DNA of 64,000 bases, taken from contig BTVJ01000040.1 in the NCBI GenBank assembly GCA_045863395.1, forward strand, positions 1 to 64,000, given 5' to 3'. Numbering within the stretch: the first letter of the stretch is position 1; each line of letters begins with the position of its first letter. The position numbers and the translations under genes were made by a program. The notes under the pieces are model-generated. The model was not told the DNA's origin and made no database searches. It saw nothing but the letters and a program-made list of their open reading frames with translations. The DNA comes from Myxococcales bacterium. Its GTDB lineage: Bacteria; Myxococcota_A; UBA9042; JABWCM01; BTVJ01. Positions 29,277-37,540 of this stretch are shown here, in pieces.

Positions 29277-32200
29277 ATGAAGATCCAATGTCCCGAGTGC
29301 GGCGCGTCGTTCGATCCCGACGCCCAGATTGGCGCGGGCTTCGACGAGGACCCCCAGTGCCCGGTGTGTGGTGCGGTGGTGGCGGAACAGGGCCCGGAGC
29401 TGAGCCTCCCCGACTTCGATCTGGGCCAGGACCTGGACGACGACTTCACCGCGGCGCGGCCCTCCGACCAGGGGGAGCTGGACGATCCCTTCGGGGGCAT
29501 CGAGGTGGGCTTCCTCGACGACCTCGCCGCCGAGGACGTGAGCGCTCCTGCCGTGGCCGTTGCGCCGAGCCCCCCGTCTCCCCCCCGATCCGTGCCGGGC
29601 GACGACGCGGCTCAGCCCCGGGCCGGGTCTGCCGAGCCCCCCGCGCGGCGGGCCTTCGCCATGGCGGCCGATGGGCCACAGGCCGAGCCCCCGCCCGAGC
29701 CCACCGCCGTGTGGCCACGCCCGAAGGCGTCGCCGCTGCCGGACGATGGCCGGGACATCGGCTTCGACCGGCGCGCCGCCCACGAGATCAGCGGGTTGTC
29801 GGAGCTGGACCTGTCCATGATCGGGACGTACTCGCGGACCCAGCGCAGCCTCGACGCCGCCCAGGACGTCGTGTGGTCAGGGCCGGAGTCGCGTCGTGGC
29901 CGGGACGAAGCGCCTCGGGGAGCCCGCGCTGAAGAGGACGGGAAGCGTGGAGAGCGCCCGCGCTCGTCCTCGGAGCCGTCCGAGGCTCCGCGCCCGGCAG
30001 CACGCCGCCCGGCCGTGGACCTGGAGAGCCCGTTCGGTGCGCCGCCCGATGCGGGTCCCTCCGGCCGGAGCGCGGAGCCGTCGGGTGCGCCCCGCGGTCG
30101 CGCCGAGCCCGCACCTGGCCCTTCTGCGGAGAGGGATCCCTTCGGTCTGGACGATCCCTTCGCGCCCCCTCCCCCGTCGAGGGCTGCGGCCCGCCCGGCC
30201 GCGGACGACATCTTCGGCGATCTGCTCGGCGACGAGCCTGCGCCGCCCCCGCGTGCCCGGCAGGATGCGCCCGCTCGGGGCGACGGGATCGACCTCGGGC
30301 TGGACGAGGTGGACTTCTCGGCGCTCCTCGATGGGGAGCCGTCCACCCATGGTGTCGACGCGCCGGCCCCGAAGGCGCCGCAGCGGTCGGCGCGGGAGCG
30401 CAAGGCCGCCGCCGACCCCTTCGCCCAGAGGGAGGACACCAACACCTTCTTCATCGAGGCCCCCAGCATGGCGGGCTTCTCCGATGGGGCAGGCGGAGGG
30501 GAGGCCGCGGGCGACGGCGACCTGTTCGACCTGGACACGCCCGCGAGCAAGCCCTCCGGCGGAGCCAAGGGTGCTCGCGCTGCTGCGAAGGAGACAAAGG
30601 ACGCGAAGGGGGCCAAGGGGAAGGCGCCAAAGGGGAAGAAGTCCCGGGGGGCGCCGCTGCCGAGCAAGGCGATCCAGGTGAAGCCGACCGGGGGAGGGCG
30701 GGCGCTCAAGCTCGGGGCCGTCGCGCTCCTCCTGGTCGCTGCCGCGGGCGTCGGCCCCGAGCTCGCGGGGCTTGGATGGTTCGGGCTGGGAACCACGACG
30801 GAGAGCCCGAAGCCGCCCATGCCGCCGACGGGGCCGCGCGGCGCCTCCCCTGCGGTCGCCGCCCCGGCGGGGCACTACCAGCAGCCGGTGGAGGACACCA
30901 CCCGGGCCTACCGTGACCGCATCGACGCCTTGGAGATGCAGCTCAAGGGAGCGCCGGGCGACGACGCCACCAAGCGCCAGCTCCTGGCCTACTACCTGGA
31001 GTACAGCAACCGCTTCCCCGTGAACTTCCAGGGGGACGAACGCTACCGCAAGCGCCTGGACGAGCTCTCGAAGCAGCTCGGCGACGACAAGGATCTGCGC
31101 GTCAAGGCGCAGCTCCTCATGAAGCAGGGCAAGTTCGAGGAGGCGCAGGCCGCGCTCGACCAGTACGTCGCTTCGGCCGCCGCGGACCCGGACATCCTCG
31201 CCTTCTACGGCGAGGTGGCGCTCCGGCGTGGGACCCCCGACAAGGCGCTGGAGTACTTCCGCAAGTCGACGGAGCTGATGCCCGGCTACGCCCGTGGGCA
31301 CTACTTCACGGGCCAGGTCTACGAGCAGATGGGGGACACGGAGCGGGCCGGCGCTGCCTACAAGGCGGCGGTGGATGCCAGCCCGGCGCACACGCAGGCG
31401 CGCCTCGGCATGGCGCGCGTACAGCTCGCCTCCCGCCAGACTGACGCGGCCATCGCCAGCGCCACGGAGGTGTTGACCGCCGCGCAGAAGGAGGCGAACA
31501 CCGAGGATCAGTTCCAGGCCCATCTGCTGCTGGCCAAGGCCTGGGCGGCGAAGAGCGACCCCGACAACCGCATCAAGCACCTGGAGGCTGCGTCTCAGAT
31601 CCGGCCGGACGACGAGGGCGCCGCGCTGGACCTGGTCGACCTGTACGCGGAGTCCGGGGCGCTGGACAAGGCGGAGGAGCGGCTGCTCGCCTGCGAGAAG
31701 CGTGGCTGCGCCAGCGCTCGCTTCTACCAGGCCGCGGTGGGCTTCTACATGGACCGGCGCCGCAGCATCGACGACGCGGAGCGCTTCGCGCAGGGGGCGA
31801 CGGAGAAGCTCCCGGACGACCCGCAGATCCTGTTCCTCCAGGCCGAGGTGGCGAGCGCGCGCCGGCTGCGAAAGAACGCCCGGTCCCTGTACCAGAGCGT
31901 CATCGACAAGAGCCCCGGGTACGTGGACGCCTACTCACGCCTGGCCGAGATCTACGCGGAGGAGCAGCGGTACGATCAGGCGGCGCGCATCCTGGAGCAG
32001 GGCATCCAGAACGCACCGTCATCGACGGTCCTCCTGACGCAGCTCGCTGAGATGATGGTCGCTACGGGTCAGCGCATGAAGGCCAAGGACGCCTTCAAGG
32101 AGCTGGTGGCCAAGGACCCGGCCAACGTCCTCGTCCGCACCCGCCTTGCCTCCCTGCTCGGTGACCTGGGCTTCGCCAAGGAGGCCATCGAGCAGTACGA

Positions 32201-33125
32201 CGTGCTCAAGAGCCAGGGGGCGCTCGACGAGACCTCCACGCTCGACTACGCGGACGTCCTCGCGCGGGCCGGGCACCACAAGAAGGCCATCGCCGAGCTG
32301 GAGGCGGTGCTGACCGCCGACCCCCAGAGCGTCGAGGCCAACGCGCGCCTCGGCGCCATGTTCGCGGCGATCCAGAGCTACGCGACGGCGCGCAAGTACC
32401 TGGAGCTGGCGTTGAAGATCAACCCGGGCTATGCCCCGGCCTTCTTCGAGCTGGGGCGCGTCGCGCTGGAGCTCGGAGACGCGGATCTGGCGATCACCCA
32501 GCTCCAGAAGGCTGTGGCGGCGAGCCCGCGGGACGCCAGCTACCGTCACGCGCTGGCGAACGCGCTGGTCGAGAAGGGGGGGGCGACCAACAGGCGGCTC
32601 GCGCTGACCCAGTACGACGCGATCATCAAGGAGTACGAGGGGGCGCCCGCGGGCGCCAAGCGCAACCCCGAGGTCTACCTGAAGCGCGGTGGGCTGCTCT
32701 TCGACGCGGGCAAGTACCGGGAGGCCCTGTCCGACTTCGAGCAGGCCATGTTGATCGACTCGGGGCGCCTCACGGCCATCGTGTCCTACGCAGAGACGCT
32801 GTACAAACTCAAGAAAGAGCGTGAAGCAGAGAGCTACTTCAGGGAGATCCTGGGCAAGGAGCCGAACAACGCGACGGCGAGCTACTACCTGGGCAAGATC
32901 GCCCTGCAGAAGGGGCAGAAGCAGAGCGCCATGGACTACTTCACGGCCGCGGTGAGGGGCGGCGGCTCCGAGTTCCCCGATGCCCACAAGACCCTCGGGT
33001 ACATGTATCGGGAGAAGAACATGATGGCGCTCGCGCGACGCGAGTTCGAGCTGTATCTGAAGACCGCCGACGCCAGCGCCTATGATCGGGAGGAGGTCGA
33101 GCGTCTGCTCGGGCGGCTGCGCTGA
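29277..33125 (+). CDS. Large bitopic protein: N-terminal Zn-ribbon, acidic disordered linker, TM, multi-TPR domain
   Basis: MKIQCPECG...CPVCG; TM LKLGAVALLLVAAAGVG; many TPR units over the C-terminal half. Confidence 0.85.
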   Translation: MKIQCPECGASFDPDAQIGAGFDEDPQCPVCGAVVAEQGPELSLPDFDLGQDLDDDFTAARPSDQGELDDPFGGIEVGFLDDLAAEDVSAPAVAVAPSPPSPPRSVPGDDAAQPRAGSAEPPARRAFAMAADGPQAEPPPEPTAVWPRPKASPLPDDGRDIGFDRRAAHEISGLSELDLSMIGTYSRTQRSLDAAQDVVWSGPESRRGRDEAPRGARAEEDGKRGERPRSSSEPSEAPRPAARRPAVDLESPFGAPPDAGPSGRSAEPSGAPRGRAEPAPGPSAERDPFGLDDPFAPPPPSRAAARPAADDIFGDLLGDEPAPPPRARQDAPARGDGIDLGLDEVDFSALLDGEPSTHGVDAPAPKAPQRSARERKAAADPFAQREDTNTFFIEAPSMAGFSDGAGGGEAAGDGDLFDLDTPASKPSGGAKGARAAAKETKDAKGAKGKAPKGKKSRGAPLPSKAIQVKPTGGGRALKLGAVALLLVAAAGVGPELAGLGWFGLGTTTESPKPPMPPTGPRGASPAVAAPAGHYQQPVEDTTRAYRDRIDALEMQLKGAPGDDATKRQLLAYYLEYSNRFPVNFQGDERYRKRLDELSKQLGDDKDLRVKAQLLMKQGKFEEAQAALDQYVASAAADPDILAFYGEVALRRGTPDKALEYFRKSTELMPGYARGHYFTGQVYEQMGDTERAGAAYKAAVDASPAHTQARLGMARVQLASRQTDAAIASATEVLTAAQKEANTEDQFQAHLLLAKAWAAKSDPDNRIKHLEAASQIRPDDEGAALDLVDLYAESGALDKAEERLLACEKRGCASARFYQAAVGFYMDRRRSIDDAERFAQGATEKLPDDPQILFLQAEVASARRLRKNARSLYQSVIDKSPGYVDAYSRLAEIYAEEQRYDQAARILEQGIQNAPSSTVLLTQLAEMMVATGQRMKAKDAFKELVAKDPANVLVRTRLASLLGDLGFAKEAIEQYDVLKSQGALDETSTLDYADVLARAGHHKKAIAELEAVLTADPQSVEANARLGAMFAAIQSYATARKYLELALKINPGYAPAFFELGRVALELGDADLAITQLQKAVAASPRDASYRHALANALVEKGGATNRRLALTQYDAIIKEYEGAPAGAKRNPEVYLKRGGLLFDAGKYREALSDFEQAMLIDSGRLTAIVSYAETLYKLKKEREAESYFREILGKEPNNATASYYLGKIALQKGQKQSAMDYFTAAVRGGGSEFPDAHKTLGYMYREKNMMALARREFELYLKTADASAYDREEVERLLGRLR

Positions 33126-33201
33126 CCCTGCCAGTCAGGCGGCGACATGCTGAACAGTCATGGGGTCTTCGTCATGGGGTGCCGGGCTCGGTGCTGGCGC
33201 T

Positions 33202-35718
33202 CTACCGCCTCTCGCGTGGGCGCCGCGCCGCCCGCAGCGCACCCTCGACCGTCTCGGACCGTTGCGCCAGCTCGTCCTGGAGGGCCTCGACGCGCTCACG
33301 GAGCGGGTCGCCGTGCGGCAGCGCGTGCACGAGGTCGCTGACCGCCGCGAGGCTCGTCAGCACGGCGTCCTGGAAGTCCGTGACCACCTCGAACCAGAAC
33401 CCGGTCTCGCCGTTCGACACGAGCGCCAGCCAGCCCGGGCGGTTGCCGTGGGCGGGAAGGCCTGGCGAGAGCACCCGGTCGACGAAGCGGGCGAGGGTGT
33501 GCAGGTTGCGGTCCGACTCGAGGAGCGCGCCCTGGGGGACGTCGCGGATCGGCTCGGGCGGACCCTCGGGGAGCGGCAGGTGCGGGAGAAGGCACAGGAC
33601 CTCCGCGAGCGGCGCTCCCCGGCCCCACGTGAACCGCCCGTCCTGAACGAGCCGCGTCTTCGCCCCGAGCGCCCAGCCGGGGAGCTCGGCGAGGTTGACG
33701 GAGCCGAGCGACGCGGCGTGCGCGACGTCGACGACGAGCTCGGGCCGCCTGCCCGTGACCGGCAGCTCGACGCCGCCCACCCACAGCGACGTCGGGCGGG
33801 CGTCGGGCTCGCTCCGCTGGGGCTCCGGCTTCTTGCGCCTCCCCATGCCCCATGCGTCTGCGAGCTGCGGGTTGGCCTCGGGGACCCACTCGGGGCGCAG
33901 CATCGACACGAAGCGGGCGTAGGGGCGGTTGGAGATCACTACCTCCGCGGCCACTACGACCTGGGCGCGCCTCCCGAAGAGGCTGCTCGACGGGTGGATG
34001 GAGATGGCCATGTCGCCCGGGCCCTCGTAGGTGTGCCCCCTGCCGCTGCGCAGGATCTGGCGGGCGAAGCCCGTGGCCACGGACCGGACGATCCCTGTGG
34101 GGTCGCCGCCGCTGCGGACGGCGATGCCGTGCTCGACCGCGATGTCGGTGAGCTGCCGGTGGGCCTTGTCGATGAAGGCCATGAGGTGCGGGTCGAGGTA
34201 GCTGCGCTCGCAGAATGCCGCCGAGCCACGAGCCGCCCGATAGCGGCGCAGCACCTGGACGGCCGTGACCGCGTCTCCGAGGGGGTCCGCGAAGGCCTCC
34301 TGGGCCGCGCGCGCCTCGCTCTCCTCCCCCTGCGGGTAGAGGTACGGCGGGCGCGACGACAGGAAGGCCCCGACCATCAGCACCTCGTCCACGACCGTCG
34401 GGAAGCGCTCCGCGGCCTCCACCACCATGCGCGCCAGCGACGGGGAGAGCGGGAAGGGCATCATGCGCTCGCCGATGGGCGTCAGGGCGTTGCCGACGTC
34501 GATGGCCCCCATGGCGCGGAGCGCGTCGAGCGCAGCCCGCAGCGCGGCCGGCGGTGGCCTCGTCGGGAGCGGGAAGGCTTCTACGTCGCGGACGCCCAGG
34601 TGGATGAGGCGCAGCACCACCTCGGACAGGTCGAGGCGCAGGATCTCCTCGTCGGTGTAAGCGGGGCGGCTCTGATAGGACTTCCGCGAGTAGAGGCGCA
34701 CGGCCGTGCCGGGAGCGGTGCGGCCGGCGCGACCGGCGCGCTGCTCGGCTGACGCCCGGCTGATCCTCTCGTCGTGCAGCGTCGAGATCCCGCTGCGGAC
34801 GTGGACGCGCGGGACCTTCGCCAGGCCGCTGTCGATGACGTGGCGCACGTCCGGGATCGTGATGGACGTCTCGGCGATGTTCGTCGCCAGCACCACCTTC
34901 CGCAGGGGCTCGAAGGACTGGAAGACCGCCTCCTGCTCGTCGCGCGTGAGCTTGCCGTAGAGCGGCATCACGTGGAGCTCGCGCCCCCGCGGGCTCCTGG
35001 CCAGGAGCTCCTCGACCCCGCGGATCATGGCCTCGCCCGAGAGGAAGACCAGGATCGCGCCGGGGCCCTCCTTCACGTGGAGAGCCATCACCTCGGAGAA
35101 GGCGGCCTCCATCATGGCGTCGAGGTCCTCGCTCGGCGGGGCCTTGTAGACGATGTCGACGGGGTAGGGGCGGGCGTCGATGGACACGAACGGCACGTTC
35201 CCCACGGCCCCTTCAAAGTAGCGCTGGAACACCTCTGGCTGGATGGTGGCCGAGCTCACCACGACCTTCAGGTCGCTGCGGCGCGACAGCGCGCGGTGGA
35301 GGAGCCCGAGGGTGAAGTCGATGTTCAGCGTGCGCTCGTGGGCCTCGTCGACCACGATGATCCCGTAGCGGCCGAAGTCCGGGTCGGTCCGGGCCTCCAT
35401 CAGCAGGATCCCGTCGGTCATGATCTTGATCTCGGTCGCGGGCCCCGTGCGGTCGTCGAACCGGATGGCGTAGCCGACCTCCTCGCCGAGCTCCACCCCC
35501 AGCTCCTCGGCGATGCGCCACGCGACGCTCACGGCCGCGATGCGGCGCGGCTGGGTCACACCGATGATCCCGTTCGAGAGCCCCGCGCGCAGCAGGATCC
35601 GCGGGAGCTGGGTCGTCTTGCCGCTCCCGGTGGGGCCCTCGATGACGACGACGCGGTGGTCGCGGACGGCCGCCACGATCGCGTCCTCGTAGCGGTAGAT
35701 CGGGAGTGCGTGGTTCAT
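33202..35718 (-). CDS. HrpA-like DEAH-box RNA helicase
   Basis: GPTGSGKTTQ, TQPRRIAA, DEAHER, SAT, ATNIAETSITI, QRAGRAGR, HA2 region; C-terminus not recognisable. Confidence 0.92.
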   Translation of the reverse strand: MNHALPIYRYEDAIVAAVRDHRVVVIEGPTGSGKTTQLPRILLRAGLSNGIIGVTQPRRIAAVSVAWRIAEELGVELGEEVGYAIRFDDRTGPATEIKIMTDGILLMEARTDPDFGRYGIIVVDEAHERTLNIDFTLGLLHRALSRRSDLKVVVSSATIQPEVFQRYFEGAVGNVPFVSIDARPYPVDIVYKAPPSEDLDAMMEAAFSEVMALHVKEGPGAILVFLSGEAMIRGVEELLARSPRGRELHVMPLYGKLTRDEQEAVFQSFEPLRKVVLATNIAETSITIPDVRHVIDSGLAKVPRVHVRSGISTLHDERISRASAEQRAGRAGRTAPGTAVRLYSRKSYQSRPAYTDEEILRLDLSEVVLRLIHLGVRDVEAFPLPTRPPPAALRAALDALRAMGAIDVGNALTPIGERMMPFPLSPSLARMVVEAAERFPTVVDEVLMVGAFLSSRPPYLYPQGEESEARAAQEAFADPLGDAVTAVQVLRRYRAARGSAAFCERSYLDPHLMAFIDKAHRQLTDIAVEHGIAVRSGGDPTGIVRSVATGFARQILRSGRGHTYEGPGDMAISIHPSSSLFGRRAQVVVAAEVVISNRPYARFVSMLRPEWVPEANPQLADAWGMGRRKKPEPQRSEPDARPTSLWVGGVELPVTGRRPELVVDVAHAASLGSVNLAELPGWALGAKTRLVQDGRFTWGRGAPLAEVLCLLPHLPLPEGPPEPIRDVPQGALLESDRNLHTLARFVDRVLSPGLPAHGNRPGWLALVSNGETGFWFEVVTDFQDAVLTSLAAVSDLVHALPHGDPLRERVEALQDELAQRSETVEGALRAARRPRERR

Positions 35719-35891
35719 GGAACTCCTTGGAGGCCTTGGAGGAGGCCAGTGGGTGTCCGCGAGTGGCTGGCGCGGGCCTGCGGTCCACTGTGCGCCGGGA
35801 GCGCCGCCACGTCGAGTCCGTTGGATTGCACATCGATGACGACGGCGCCTGCGGCAGACCGAGAGGGATTGCCTCAGAGCCTCGTAGCTCG

Positions 35892-36374
35892 TCACGTGTC
35901 GAGGGTGCGAACGCGGGCTACGTGGGTGCGGATGGTGTCGTCCGCCGCGCGCAGGTCCTCCAGGGCGCCCACCACCTGGTTGACCGCCGCGGCGTCGAGC
36001 TCCAGATCTCCCGGATAGTCGTGCGCGAGCAGGTTGCGCACCTCGCGGAGGCGGCGCCAGGATCGGGCCGAGGGGATGGCGCCGATCTTCTCCAGGCGGT
36101 TGAGCAGGTCGATGAACGTGGCCCCGGCCGGGTGGGGCTCATCGGTGAGCCTCGCGACCAGGGGGAAGATCTGCACTCCCAGCAGATCCTGGAGGTTCGC
36201 GAACCGGGACAGGAAGAGCTCGAGGCTCGCCGTGTCCTCGTAGGTGAGCTGCTCTACGGCGGCGGGGGTCATTGGCAGGCGGTGGGAGAGGTGGGCGAGC
36301 GCCTCCTCCATGCGCCGCCTGTGGACGGCGGCCACCTCAAGCGCTGCATCCAAGGCTTGCTGTGGGTGGGTCAC
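35892..36374 (-). CDS. HEPN-domain RNase toxin (HepT-like)
   Basis: R-X4-H-X-Y motif RNLLAHDY; FIDLLNRLEKIG; GTGA overlap with the MNT gene. Confidence 0.85.
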   Translation of the reverse strand: MTHPQQALDAALEVAAVHRRRMEEALAHLSHRLPMTPAAVEQLTYEDTASLELFLSRFANLQDLLGVQIFPLVARLTDEPHPAGATFIDLLNRLEKIGAIPSARSWRRLREVRNLLAHDYPGDLELDAAAVNQVVGALEDLRAADDTIRTHVARVRTLDT

Positions 36375-36673
36375 AGCGGCTCACCCGTGGCCTCTGCCTG
36401 CCGGTGGATGGGGAGCTCGGGGCCGCCGCTACGCCTCACGACGACGTCGATGTGCTGATCTCCCAGGCGCTCGTGGAGCTCCATGAGGAGCGCAATCTTG
36501 CGGCGCATGATCTCGTCGGCGGGCAGGGAGACCCCCTCGACGTAGAGGTCGATGTCACCTCCACGCGCGTCGTCCTGGGCGCGGGAGCCGAACACGAGGG
36601 GCCGGACGCCCGCGCCGAAGTGGCTTCGAACGGCGTCGCGGAGCACTGTGCGCTCCTGGTCGGTCAGCCGCAT
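36371..36673 (-). CDS. Minimal nucleotidyltransferase antitoxin (MntA-like)
   Basis: FGSRAQDDARGGDIDLYV nucleotidyltransferase motif, GDQHIDVVV; 100 aa. Confidence 0.88.
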   Translation of the reverse strand: MRLTDQERTVLRDAVRSHFGAGVRPLVFGSRAQDDARGGDIDLYVEGVSLPADEIMRRKIALLMELHERLGDQHIDVVVRRSGGPELPIHRQAEATGEPL

Positions 36674-36680
36674 GGGCGAG

Positions 36681-36710
36681 AGCATAGGTCGCTCGGATCG
36701 GGGGCGTCAA
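36681..36710 (-). promoter_or_regulatory. Promoter for MNT-HEPN, predicting a leaderless mRNA
   Basis: TTGACG (36710-36705)-N18-TATGCT (36686-36681); ATG at 36673 lies 7-8 nt downstream; no SD sequence. Confidence 0.55.
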
Positions 36711-36780
36711 TGCCCCCTCCCCGTATCAGAGGGTCATCGATCCGTGTGCCCTGCGGCTTGGCGGGTCCCTCGATTCTCCG

Positions 36781-36894
36781 GGCGCCAACCATCAGGGACG
36801 TGGCGACGAAGATGCGGCGGCGCACCCGGTCCAGATCAACGCCCAGGTGGGCGGCGCCCTCGTCACCGAGGGCGGTCTTCGGGAGGCGGTCGTG
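36781..36894 (-). pseudogene. btuC: Internally deleted fragment of a second btuC allele
   Basis: 36781-36871 matches 42220-42310 (85/91 nt, all 6 differences synonymous); 36868-36894 matches 42799-42825 (HDRLPKTAL vs HDRLPRTAL). Confidence 0.9.
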
Positions 36895-36910
36895 CCCGAT
36901 GACGACTGCG

Positions 36911-37540
36911 TCAGTTGTGCCCGCCCGGGCGGGGACCGCAGCCGGCGAACGAGACGAACCCTTCTTCGCCTTTCTGGAATGGTTTGCACCATTGCTCGGG
37001 GACGCAGGGGTGAGTTCCGACCACGTCCACGGGCAGGGGCTGGTCCGGTCGGCACACGGCGAAACACGTGCCCTGCGCATTCGGGTTGGTGCCCGTGCAC
37101 ATCTCGCCGTCGGGGCACTTCAACGAGGGATCCCGAACCTCCTTGCCGTCCGCGAACCAGGGGCCGCAGACGTCGCCGTTCGGGTTGCACAGGCACTTCC
37201 GGCCCGATGATCGCACCCGCTCGACCGACGTATCCGGGCAGGCGGCCGCATCGTGGAGCGGAGCGGCGTCCGGATCGGCACCGCCGACGCCCGGTCGGGC
37301 GCCGCCGACATCCTGGCCGGGGAGGGCTGGTGCGGCCTCCTCGCCGGTGGACGGGGCATCCCCCGGATGGCCGCAGTCGCCCGGATCGGTCGCATCGGAC
37401 GTTCCGACCCCCTGGGGGCCGCCGCGACCGGAGTCCTGGTCGCCCGCCGCCTCGTCCGAGGTCGGTGCCGGTGGGTCTGAGCAGCCGAGAATACCCATAC
37501 AGAGGAGCCAGACACGAATCAGGTTGGTGGAGACGTTCAT
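36911..37540 (-). CDS. Cys-rich lipoprotein (Pro/Asp/Gly linker plus small disulfide-rich domain)
   Basis: Lipobox GILGC; C-terminal domain with about 10 Cys; start overlaps the protease stop. Confidence 0.7.
   Translation of the reverse strand: MNVSTNLIRVWLLCMGILGCSDPPAPTSDEAAGDQDSGRGGPQGVGTSDATDPGDCGHPGDAPSTGEEAAPALPGQDVGGARPGVGGADPDAAPLHDAAACPDTSVERVRSSGRKCLCNPNGDVCGPWFADGKEVRDPSLKCPDGEMCTGTNPNAQGTCFAVCRPDQPLPVDVVGTHPCVPEQWCKPFQKGEEGFVSFAGCGPRPGGHN

Noticed and set aside
33157..33180. 10-bp direct repeat GTCATGGGGT between convergent genes
   Set aside because: Only two short copies and no functional context
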